From NCBI GenBank assembly GCA_031386545.1, contig JANNCK010000034.1, forward strand, positions 1 through 46,934: DNA of 46,934 nucleotides, read 5' to 3'. Of this stretch, positions 38,654 to 46,934 are shown piece after piece; the first letter of the stretch is position 1; every line of letters begins with the position of its first letter. Source of the DNA: Sphingomonadales bacterium (GTDB lineage Bacteria; Pseudomonadota; Alphaproteobacteria; Sphingomonadales; Sphingomonadaceae). The position numbers and the translations under genes were made by a program. Under the pieces are notes generated by a model. It saw only the letters and a list, made by a program, of their open reading frames with translations. It did no database searches and was not told the DNA's origin.

Positions 38654-40964
38654 TCCCGGCGGTCGCAAAAACCTGACGCGGGTTGCCGTAATAGGCGGTC
38701 AGGATTCCCTCGCGACCAAGCGTCGGGATGAGCGCACCAGTCCCCGAGCGGTTGAATTCGCCGGTGTCGGGATTCTGGCTGAGGAAGTTATACCCGGCAA
38801 CAATATAACGGCGGTTGGTCAGGTTGCGGCCATGAATGCCGAGCGAGAATCGGTCTCCCTCCGACGTCCACACAAGGCTGGCATCAAGCAAGGCATAGCG
38901 CGGCTGGTCGAGGCCCGGGGTCCGCAGCTCGAACTGTTGCGAATCGCCCTTATACGCGAGCGTCGTCGAGGCGTTTAGCATCCCGCCACCGACCGGCGTC
39001 GCATAGCTCAGTGTCCCGCTGATCGACCAGTTGGGTGTGTTCTGGAACGACCGGCGGCTGGCCACATCGATGCCGCGTGCATCAATGAACCGTGTGTATT
39101 TGGCATCGACATAGCCAATCGACCATGCCAGCCCGAGCTTGTCACCGCCGCGCAAGGCATCGCGGGCGACCAGATTGCCCTCGAATTCGATGCCGTTAAT
39201 GCGCGCCTTGCCGGCATTGGTGGTGATCCCGACGAAGGTCTGGATACCATTGACGACCTGCCCGACTGATCCGGGCACCTGTACATCGGTATATTCGGCA
39301 TGGAATGCCGCCACCGCCACGGTCAGGGCACGGTCAAACAGCGACGCCTTGTAGCCGACTTCGTAGCTGGTGACTTTTTCGGGGGCGAACGACAGGAAAC
39401 GGTAGATGTCGGCCTGATCACCGCCCGCGCCGTTCACGCCATTGCCGTTAAAGTCTGGCGCTGCCGTGCCCACGCCACGCGGATCGAAGCCGCCGCCTTT
39501 GAACCCCTGTGCATAGCTCGCGTACAGGGTGTGGTCGCGCGATGGTTTGAACGTAACCGAAGCGCGCGGCGTGAATTGTTTGAAATCCGCCGATCCGCGG
39601 AAATCGGTCTGCCGCACAATGGGGGCCGTGGTTCCGCCAAAGAATGGTGACGAGCCGAGAAATACATTGCGCTGAATCTGCGAGGTGCGGCGATCCCATG
39701 TGTAGCGCCCGCCAACTGACAGACTCAACATATCGGTCACATCATAGGTGAAATCACCAAAGATCGCGCCGGTATCGGTATCGACATTGCCGAAAGTCAG
39801 CGCGGTTACAGTGTTGGGCAGCCGCACGTCGAACACGGTGCGCGACTTGGCTTTCAGATAATAGGCGCCGATCAGGCCGTTGAACCGGCCGGTATCGATC
39901 AGCAGCTGCAGCTCCTGCGACACCTGTTCATTGTTGTAGAAGGCAGGAACATCGACGTCGACGGCTGGCAGCGCATCGAAATCGATGGGCGTCGCCGAAT
40001 CATCCTTGCGATAGGCGGTGATGCTGCGGACTGTCAGAATGTCAGTGGGCTTGATCTCACCAAATAACGAGATGCCGTAAGCTTCGACGTCCTGGCGCGG
40101 ATCGGCAAGTGCGCCGCGGCTGTCATAGACGTTCGCCAGCACAGGGGCGCCGGTGAATAGGCTGGGGATCAGGCGCGCCCCCCCCCGGGCAGTGCTTTTG
40201 TCGCGCGTATAGTCAGCGGACAGGCGGAAAAACGCATTGGTCGCGTGAACCTCTGCCGACAGGCGGCCCGCATAAATGTTCTTGTTATAATTCGGCTGTC
40301 CGGTGGTAAGATTGGTACCGAACCCGCCCCGGCTGAGCCGCGCAAGCGAGCCGCCGAAGCGCAGCGTGCCGTCGCCGACTGGAATGCTTGCCGTCACGAC
40401 GCCATCGGCCTGGTTATAGCTGCCATAGGTTGCGCGCGCGCTGAGGGCAGCTTTGTTGGGCAGGCGGCGCGTGACATATTTCACCGCGCCACCGATGGTG
40501 TTGCGCCCGTATAATGTGCCCTGCGGCCCGCGCAGCACTTCGATGCGCTCCACATCATAAATGTCGAGCACGGCCGCCTGCGGCCGGTTGAGATAGACAT
40601 CGTCGAGATAGAGCCCGACGCCCGCCTCGAACCCGGCAACCGGGTCCTGCTGGCCGACGCCGCGAATGAACGCCGTCAGGGTCGAATTGGTCCCGCGTGA
40701 CACCTCAAGCGTGACGTTGGGAACTGAGTTGGCGATGTCGGTAATGTCGATCGCACCGGTGCGCGCAAGCTGGTCACCCGAGATCGCCGAAATGGCGATT
40801 GGCACGTCGATCAGGCTTTCTTCGCGGCGGCGTGCGGTGACAACAATGTCACCCTCCCCGCTATTGACGCTGCTGGTGGCGGGCTGTTGCGCGACGGCGG
40901 GCGCGGCAGCGACACCGAAAAGGGCGACACCCGAAAATAATGCCGTGCGGAACCGGTTTGCCAT
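38643..40964 (-). CDS. TonB-dependent receptor
   Basis: Signal peptide, TonB box DIVVTA, plug RIEVLRGPQGTLYGRN, C-terminal Phe. Confidence 0.95.
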   Translation of the reverse strand: MANRFRTALFSGVALFGVAAAPAVAQQPATSSVNSGEGDIVVTARRREESLIDVPIAISAISGDQLARTGAIDITDIANSVPNVTLEVSRGTNSTLTAFIRGVGQQDPVAGFEAGVGLYLDDVYLNRPQAAVLDIYDVERIEVLRGPQGTLYGRNTIGGAVKYVTRRLPNKAALSARATYGSYNQADGVVTASIPVGDGTLRFGGSLARLSRGGFGTNLTTGQPNYNKNIYAGRLSAEVHATNAFFRLSADYTRDKSTARGGARLIPSLFTGAPVLANVYDSRGALADPRQDVEAYGISLFGEIKPTDILTVRSITAYRKDDSATPIDFDALPAVDVDVPAFYNNEQVSQELQLLIDTGRFNGLIGAYYLKAKSRTVFDVRLPNTVTALTFGNVDTDTGAIFGDFTYDVTDMLSLSVGGRYTWDRRTSQIQRNVFLGSSPFFGGTTAPIVRQTDFRGSADFKQFTPRASVTFKPSRDHTLYASYAQGFKGGGFDPRGVGTAAPDFNGNGVNGAGGDQADIYRFLSFAPEKVTSYEVGYKASLFDRALTVAVAAFHAEYTDVQVPGSVGQVVNGIQTFVGITTNAGKARINGIEFEGNLVARDALRGGDKLGLAWSIGYVDAKYTRFIDARGIDVASRRSFQNTPNWSISGTLSYATPVGGGMLNASTTLAYKGDSQQFELRTPGLDQPRYALLDASLVWTSEGDRFSLGIHGRNLTNRRYIVAGYNFLSQNPDTGEFNRSGTGALIPTLGREGILTAYYGNPRQVFATAGIKF

Positions 40965-41027
40965 CTAAGCTCTCCCCAAAGTCTGGCGCAGGACGTCTTG
41001 CGCTCGTTGAATATGAGGAATAATGAA

Positions 41028-41047
41028 AGTTGAACCATGTTTCAACT
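41028..41047. promoter_or_regulatory. Candidate TetR operator
   Basis: AGTTGAA-CCATGT-TTCAACT inverted repeat between the divergent TBDR and TetR genes. Confidence 0.7.
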
Positions 41048-41083
41048 ACGGAATGAACAGATATGGGGCTGGGGGTTGGATTG

Positions 41084-41713
41084 ATGGGCGAGCGTGGCGC
41101 GGCGGCAACAGTCGGAGCAACAGTCGAGGGCGATAAAGCTCCGCGTACCGAGCGGGGGCGACGAACATTGCGGGCGATCCTCGATGCCGCCGCCGCCGAA
41201 TTCGGTGCCCGCGGGTTTCATGAGACCTCGATCGTCGGGATCACGTCACGCGCCGGCGTCGCACTGGGCAGTTTTTACACCTATTTTTCGTCTAAGGACG
41301 AACTGTTCCGCGCACTGGTCCGTGACATGAGCGCCCAAGTCGGCATTGTCGGCGCTGCCGCCAGCCAAGGCTCGGCAACCGTCCTTGACGGCGAACGTGC
41401 GGTCCTCGCCTCGTTCATTGGCTTTGCCCGCGAGCATCAGGAACTCTACCGGATCATCGACGAATCCGAATTCGTCGACCCCGCCAGCTATCGCGCGCAT
41501 TACGAAGGGGCAGCCGCGCGTATCGGTGCGCGCCTGGCACAGGGAGCTGCGCGCGGCGAGCTACGCGATGGTATCGGCGAGGTCGAAGCCTGGGCGATCA
41601 TGGGCATGAATGTGTTTCTGGGCCTGCGGTACGGCGTCTGGTCAGGCGACCTGTCGCCAGAGGACGTCGCCGAAGCCGCCAACCGGCTGATTGCCGGCGG
41701 CGTGCGCGCCTAG
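41084..41713 (+). CDS. TetR/AcrR family transcriptional regulator
   Basis: ILDAA..F..RGFHETSI..I..AGVALGSFYTYFSSKDELF; start at 41084 or 41063. Confidence 0.93.
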   Translation: MGERGAAATVGATVEGDKAPRTERGRRTLRAILDAAAAEFGARGFHETSIVGITSRAGVALGSFYTYFSSKDELFRALVRDMSAQVGIVGAAASQGSATVLDGERAVLASFIGFAREHQELYRIIDESEFVDPASYRAHYEGAAARIGARLAQGAARGELRDGIGEVEAWAIMGMNVFLGLRYGVWSGDLSPEDVAEAANRLIAGGVRA

Positions 41714-42300
41714 CGGCGGCTCAGTAAAAAAACGGCGTGTTCGGCGAAGATATTAGCCGCTGAACTGGAGATCGCGCGGTCATCGCGCAGGAACCATTGG
41801 TTCTCGATCTGCACGCCACGCTCGGTGAGGAACCCGCGAAAATCGTCGATGGTGACATGGTGGATGTTGGGCGTGTCGTACCAGCGCGACGGGAGCTGTT
41901 TGGTCACCGGCATCCGCCCGCCAAACATCAATGCCAGCCTGATCCGCCACTGCGCGAAATTCGGAAACGAGACGAAGGCGCGTTCGCCGATGCGGAGCAA
42001 CTGGTCGACAACGAGATCGGGGCGGCGCGTTGTCTGCAATGTCTGGCTGAGAATCGCATAGTCGAAACTGGCATCGGGATAGTCGGCGAGATCCGTGTCG
42101 GCGTCACCCTGAATCACGGATAACCCGCGTTCAAGTGCCGCCGTGACGTCGTGCCCATCGATCTCGATCCCGCGCGCATCGACCGATTTGCGGTCACGCA
42201 GTTCGGCCATCAGCGCACCGTCACCGCAACCGATGTCGAGCACACGGCTACCCGCGCGCACATTGTCAGCGATGATCGCGAGGTCGGGGCGCAGCACCAT
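41710..42300 (-). CDS. metW: Methionine biosynthesis protein MetW
   Basis: LRPDL, VLDIGCGDG, ILSQTLQ, VSFPNF, GRMPV, WYDTPNIH; coupled to metX. Confidence 0.95.
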   Translation of the reverse strand: MVLRPDLAIIADNVRAGSRVLDIGCGDGALMAELRDRKSVDARGIEIDGHDVTAALERGLSVIQGDADTDLADYPDASFDYAILSQTLQTTRRPDLVVDQLLRIGERAFVSFPNFAQWRIRLALMFGGRMPVTKQLPSRWYDTPNIHHVTIDDFRGFLTERGVQIENQWFLRDDRAISSSAANIFAEHAVFLLSRR

Positions 42301-43409
42301 CAACAGTCCGCACACAAAAAGCCCGACACGACACGGTCAAGCGCAGGGACATTGAGGAAAAACGCATCATGACCATAGGGACTCGACAGTTCGACGAAGC
42401 TTACCGGCGCACCCGCCGCGTTCAGCGCGTGCGCGATCGATTTTGATTCGGCGGTCGGATAAAGCCAGTCGGTGTCGAAACTGACGACGGCGAAGCGCGT
42501 CTTCGTGTCTTTGAAAGCATTCGCCAGCCGCCCGCCGAATTCCTCGGCCAAGTCGAAATAGTCGATGGCACGGGTGATATAGAGGTAGGAATTGGCATCG
42601 AACCGGTCAGTGAAGCTGATCCCCTGATGGCGAAGATAGCTTTCCACCTGAAAATCAGCGTCGAAACCGAATGTTTTCGCGTCGCGCTCCTGTAGGCGCC
42701 GCCCGAATTTTTCGGTGAGGCCGGTTTCGGACAGATAGGTGATGTGCGCCGCCATCCGCGCGACCGCGAGGCCCGCAGACGGTGTAACCCCGTCGGCATA
42801 ATAATCGCCGCCCCGCCAATTTGGGTCGGCCATGATCGCCTGTCGCCCGACCTCGTGGAAGGCAATGTTCTGCGCGCTATGCTTTGCCGTCGATGCGATG
42901 ATGAGCGCCGCCGCGACGCGGTCAGGAAAATGCGCCGCCCAGCTGAGCGCCTGCATCCCCCCCATCGACCCGCCAACGACGGCATGAAGTCGCGCAATAC
43001 CAAGGTGGTCTATCAACATCGTCTGGCTGCGCGCCATATCGCTCACGGTGATGACGGGGAAACGCATCGCATAGGGAGCGCCGTCAGGTGCAACAGTCTG
43101 TGGCCCCGACGACCCCATGCAGCCGCCGATAGCGTTCGCCGCGATAATACAGAATCGGTCGGTGTCGAGCGGCTTGCCCGGACCGACCATCCGCGCCCAC
43201 CAGCCGGGCTTGCCGGTGATCGGATGGACACTCGCAACATGCTGGTCCCCGGTCAGCGCGTGGCAGACGAGAATCGCATTCGAGGCATCGGCATTCAGCG
43301 TGCCATAGGTCTCATACCCGATTTCGACCGGCGCAAGCGTGCCGCCACCGTCGAGCGCGAGCGGCCCGGGCAATGTCACGCGACGGTTGAGGCCGAAACG
43401 ATCGTTCAT
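42300..43409 (-). CDS. metX: Homoserine O-acyltransferase MetX
   Basis: [39 protein letters not shown]; start set at ATG 43409. Confidence 0.96.
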   Translation of the reverse strand: MNDRFGLNRRVTLPGPLALDGGGTLAPVEIGYETYGTLNADASNAILVCHALTGDQHVASVHPITGKPGWWARMVGPGKPLDTDRFCIIAANAIGGCMGSSGPQTVAPDGAPYAMRFPVITVSDMARSQTMLIDHLGIARLHAVVGGSMGGMQALSWAAHFPDRVAAALIIASTAKHSAQNIAFHEVGRQAIMADPNWRGGDYYADGVTPSAGLAVARMAAHITYLSETGLTEKFGRRLQERDAKTFGFDADFQVESYLRHQGISFTDRFDANSYLYITRAIDYFDLAEEFGGRLANAFKDTKTRFAVVSFDTDWLYPTAESKSIAHALNAAGAPVSFVELSSPYGHDAFFLNVPALDRVVSGFLCADC

Positions 43410-43469
43410 AGTGGCGCGGCTAAGGGGCCTGACTGGACAGCGCAAGCATCATCCGGCTAGCGCGCCCGG

Positions 43470-44378
43470 ATGCTGCCCTTTGAACGCGTCTCAATCATCG
43501 GTCTTGGCCTCATCGGATCGTCGATTGCACGGGCGGTGCGCGAAACCATGCCAACGGTGCGCCTGACCGGCCATGACGCCAGTGCCGGCGTTCGCGACGC
43601 CGTCCGCGCCCTGAAACTATGCGACGATGTCACCGACACGGCGGGGGCTGCCGTGACCGATGCGGATCTGGTGATCCTGTGCGTGCCGGTCGGCGCAATG
43701 GGCGAGGTCGCGGCACTGCTGGCTGCCGACGTCCCGCGCGATGCGCTGATCAGCGATGTCGGTTCATCAAAGGCAGGCGTTGCCGAGGCGCTGGCCGCCG
43801 CGCTGCCCAACAACGTCATCGTGCCCGCACATCCTGTAGCGGGCACTGAGCGCAGCGGTCCGGAGGCGGGCTTTGCCGCGCTGTTCCATCAACGCTGGTG
43901 CATACTGACCCCGGCACCAGCTGCGCCCGAGGCCGCGGTAGCGCGCGTAACGACATTCTGGGAGCGGCTCGGCTCGAACGTCGAGATCATGGACCCCGCG
44001 CACCACGACCTTGTCCTCGCCATCACCAGCCATTTGCCGCATCTGATCGCCTATACCATTGTCGGCACCGCGTCTGACCTCGAAAGCGTCACCCAGTCCG
44101 AAGTCATCAAATATTCGGCAGGGGGTTTCCGCGATTTCACCCGCATTGCCGCGTCCGACCCGGTGATGTGGCGCGACGTATTCCTGACCAACAAGGATGC
44201 CGTACTCGAAATGCTGCAGCGGTTCAGCGAAGACCTGACCGCGTTGCAACGCGCGATCCGCTGGGGCGATGGTGACGCCCTGTTCGAGCTGTTCACCCGC
44301 ACCCGCGCCGTGCGCCGGTCGATCATCGAGCAGGGACAGGATGATGCCCGCCCCGATTTCGGACGTGCCGATCACTAA
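43470..44378 (+). CDS. tyrC: Prephenate/arogenate (cyclohexadienyl) dehydrogenase
   Basis: GLGLIGSS, DVGSSK, HPVAGTE.SG, HD..LAITSHLPHL, GGFRDFTRIAASDPVMW. Confidence 0.92.
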   Translation: MLPFERVSIIGLGLIGSSIARAVRETMPTVRLTGHDASAGVRDAVRALKLCDDVTDTAGAAVTDADLVILCVPVGAMGEVAALLAADVPRDALISDVGSSKAGVAEALAAALPNNVIVPAHPVAGTERSGPEAGFAALFHQRWCILTPAPAAPEAAVARVTTFWERLGSNVEIMDPAHHDLVLAITSHLPHLIAYTIVGTASDLESVTQSEVIKYSAGGFRDFTRIAASDPVMWRDVFLTNKDAVLEMLQRFSEDLTALQRAIRWGDGDALFELFTRTRAVRRSIIEQGQDDARPDFGRADH

Positions 44379-44398
44379 GAATTTATGGCTTAACGGCG

Positions 44399-45085
44399 CT
44401 ACGGATTCAGGGCGTTAATCCCGGCGTGGATACGCGCCTCCACCTCGTCACGCGGCAGCCCGGTCGGAATGATTTCACCGACACGGAAGGTGACGAGACC
44501 CGCCCGTTTTATGAAGCCACGCCGTGGCCAGACCCGTCCGCTGTCGAGCGCAACCGGCACGACCGGTAGCCCCAGCGCCTTGTAAAGTCCGGCAACACCG
44601 GGGCGCAGCGGGGCATGCTCGCCGTGCGGGACGCGAGTTCCTTCGGGAAAGATAATGACCGGACGACCCGCCGCTACCGCATCGCGCCCTGCTTTCAGCA
44701 TCCGCCGCAAAGCCGTCGCACCGGTTTCGCGTGCAACCGGGATAACGCCGTGGGCGAGCGCCGCGGCACCCCAGAGCGGAATCTTGATCAGTTCCGCCTT
44801 GAACACCACCGCCGGGCGGTCAAACAGCCGCAGCACTTCGGTCGTCTCCAGCATCGCTTCATGCTTGAACGCAACAATCGCGCCGGTTTGCGGCAAGTCG
44901 CCCTCCACAACGATCCGGATGCCGAGCACCCAGCGCATGCACCAGTAATGATACCACGCCCACGCCCGCGGCGGGGCAAGGATCATCGGCTGACCAAAGG
45001 GGATCGCCAGAAACGAGGCCACGACATAGGGGACGCTGCCAAGGTAGAAGACCAGCGTGTAGAGCAGCGAGCGGAGCAAGCTCAT
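44399..45085 (-). CDS. plsC: Lysophospholipid acyltransferase (PlsC family)
   Basis: KHEAMLE motif I variant, FPEGTR, VVPVAL. Confidence 0.82.
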   Translation of the reverse strand: MSLLRSLLYTLVFYLGSVPYVVASFLAIPFGQPMILAPPRAWAWYHYWCMRWVLGIRIVVEGDLPQTGAIVAFKHEAMLETTEVLRLFDRPAVVFKAELIKIPLWGAAALAHGVIPVARETGATALRRMLKAGRDAVAAGRPVIIFPEGTRVPHGEHAPLRPGVAGLYKALGLPVVPVALDSGRVWPRRGFIKRAGLVTFRVGEIIPTGLPRDEVEARIHAGINALNP

Positions 45086-45636
45086 AGGCCCGCCACCACG
45101 GCAACGCGCCGCAACAGATATTTGTTATATTCGCGCATGAGCACGCTGAAATCGGCCCGGCTGTCGACCGCATCGTCGATGATGCGGATATCGGCCCCGA
45201 CGACCTGATCCAGCTCGAACCGCGCCCGCGGCATATGCCAGTCTGTCGTCACCAGCCGAACGCTTTTGGCCTTGCGCGACTTTAGCCACGCGGCAGTTTC
45301 CTCGGCATTGGAGCGGGTGTCACTCGCTTCGCGGCCAAGATCGACGCAGCAAGCAAACAGGCGCGGGTCGAGGTGGTTTTCCGAAGCAATATCGCGCCCG
45401 CGCGTCGTGACCGCGACCCCACTGATGAACATCCGCCCGGCACCGCCCGTTTTCAGGCCCGATTTGAGGATGGTGGCCCCGCGCACTGTCCGTCCGGCAC
45501 CGCCGGTTGGCACGACGATTACGTCGGTTTTGATCACGGGGTCGGCGGCGCGCGGCAAAAACACCACGAAAGCCACAAAACCGAGCATCCACGCGAGAAG
45601 GGCGAGCGCCGCAAGGCGGGTGACGAAGCGGATCAC
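45082..45636 (-). CDS. YdcF/DUF218 family protein
   Basis: VVPTGG.GR, FISGV, DTRSNAEE, LVTTDWHMPRA, REYNK; GTG start at 45636 overlaps the ftsX stop. Confidence 0.87.
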   Translation of the reverse strand: MIRFVTRLAALALLAWMLGFVAFVVFLPRAADPVIKTDVIVVPTGGAGRTVRGATILKSGLKTGGAGRMFISGVAVTTRGRDIASENHLDPRLFACCVDLGREASDTRSNAEETAAWLKSRKAKSVRLVTTDWHMPRARFELDQVVGADIRIIDDAVDSRADFSVLMREYNKYLLRRVAVVAGL

Positions 45637-46520
45637 AGGATGCGCGCCAGCGAACGCAGCACCGTGAGCCGTGCCGCCGCAATGGCAAGCGCGACGCCGG
45701 CGAGCGGCAGGATCGCGATCAACACCCAATCGAGCCAGCCAAGCGTGCTGCCGCTGACCAGCGCCGATTCGACCGCACTCACCCGCCAGCCGATCACAAC
45801 CAGCGCCAGAATGGCAACGACAAAGCCCAGCGCCGAACCCGAAATGGCGTCCTGCGCCACCCGCCGTTCAAACAGGCGCGAAATCTGGCGGTCGGTTGCC
45901 CCCATAAGGTGCATGACGTCGATCGTCGCGCGGTGCTGGTCCAGCGCCGCGCGCGCGCCGAGAATTACCGCCGCCGCTGTTGCCGCGGCTGTCAACACGA
46001 CCAATGTCACGGCCAGCCAGCGCAAGGTGTCGAGCAGTCCGCCAATGGGGCCCAGCCAGTCCGAATGCCGATCCACCCGTGCCCCGGCTGCCAGTGCCTT
46101 CACCGTGCGTTCGATGTCGGCAACCGCCGCAGGCGAAGTATCGGTGAGGCTGGCGTCGATTAACGCGGGTACCGGCAATTCACTGTCAAGGCCGTCACTG
46201 CCCAGCCACGGGGTCAGCAACTCACGGACCTCGGCATCGCCAATCTCCGTCACTTCGGTGACGTTCGACTGCCGCCGCAGCTCGGTGGCGATGGCAACGC
46301 GCTGGCGCGCACGCAAATCAGGGTTGGCCTCGACCAGCTGGACTGTGATCCGACCCGCAATCGCCCCCTGCATCGCGCCTGCCGCATGAGAGATCGCCAG
46401 CGCCGCCGCCGCGGCCAGAACCGCAAGAAACATCATGATCGCGATGACCCAGGGCATTGGCCCGGCAAAGCGTCCCTCGGGCAGGACACGGCGAGGCGCG
46501 CCATCGGCAGCAGTCGTCAT
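45633..46520 (-). CDS. ftsX: Cell division ABC permease FtsX
   Basis: PWVIAIMMFL, LPVPALID, HLMGATDRQI; four TM helices; follows ftsE. Confidence 0.9.
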   Translation of the reverse strand: MTTAADGAPRRVLPEGRFAGPMPWVIAIMMFLAVLAAAAALAISHAAGAMQGAIAGRITVQLVEANPDLRARQRVAIATELRRQSNVTEVTEIGDAEVRELLTPWLGSDGLDSELPVPALIDASLTDTSPAAVADIERTVKALAAGARVDRHSDWLGPIGGLLDTLRWLAVTLVVLTAAATAAAVILGARAALDQHRATIDVMHLMGATDRQISRLFERRVAQDAISGSALGFVVAILALVVIGWRVSAVESALVSGSTLGWLDWVLIAILPLAGVALAIAAARLTVLRSLARIL

Positions 46521-46934
46521 AGACCCCGTCCGCCCGGCGTATCCGAAGATTGCGGCGGGTAGCGCAAGCTGCCGGTCGGATCGGACAAGCGCCCCTTGTC
46601 GAGCCGCATCATCCGCGCCGACGGGATGCGTCCGATCAGGTGGAGATCGTGCGTCGCGACAACAATCGTCGTGCCAAGCCGGTTGAGTCCGTCGAACAGG
46701 TGCAACAGGCGCAGCGCCATATCGGGATCGACATTGCCGGTCGGCTCGTCAGCGACGAGCATATCGGGACGGGCGATTACCGCGCGAGCAATTGCCACAC
46801 GCTGCTGCTCGCCACCCGACAGCGTTGCGGGCCGCGCCGTCGCCCGGTCGGACAAGCCCACCCACGCCAGCATTTCCTCGACCGGTGCGGCAATCTCGCG
46901 CTCGTCGGTGCCCGACAGGCGCAACGGAAGCGCG
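46517..46934 (-). CDS. ftsE: Cell division ATP-binding protein FtsE (5' part outside the window)
   Basis: LSGGEQQRVAIARA, ADEPTGNVD, LNRLGTTIVVATHD; upstream of ftsX. Confidence 0.92.
   Translation of the reverse strand, partial: ALPLRLSGTDEREIAAPVEEMLAWVGLSDRATARPATLSGGEQQRVAIARAVIARPDMLVADEPTGNVDPDMALRLLHLFDGLNRLGTTIVVATHDLHLIGRIPSARMMRLDKGRLSDPTGSLRYPPQSSDTPGGRGL

Overview
High-GC alphaproteobacterial chromosome segment; gene content and order suggest Sphingomonadaceae (inference). Most of it is housekeeping backbone: mutS (cut by the left edge), maeB, bamE, Cbp3-like chaperone, DUF177, ssb-feoB-feoA-COQ9, a riboflavin operon (ribD-ribE-ribB-EamA-ribH), tonB, gltX, nadE, prs, hisN, rpmI-rplT-pheS-pheT, a TonB-dependent receptor/TetR pair, metX-metW, tyrC, plsC-YdcF-ftsX-ftsE (cut by the right edge). 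Accessory DNA: a ~6.6 kb AT-richer detoxification/catabolic cluster between DUF177 and ssb, whose haloalkane dehalogenase is broken by one in-frame TAG; a Phd-VapC toxin-antitoxin pair between nadE and gltX; and a membrane-protein gene flanked by a decayed duplicate of the prs 3' end. Best leads: (1) RibB carries an N-terminal XRE-like helix-turn-helix and is preceded by a TCACAT-N4-ATGTGA palindrome, with no FMN riboswitch visible, suggesting an autoregulatory enzyme/transcription factor for riboflavin synthesis; (2) a 76-bp palindromic element sits in frame inside ribD; (3) the tonB leader has two mutually exclusive hairpins, one of which hides the Shine-Dalgarno sequence. No rRNA, tRNA, CRISPR array, integrase or transposase was seen. 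All calls come from reading motifs by eye; no database searches were run.
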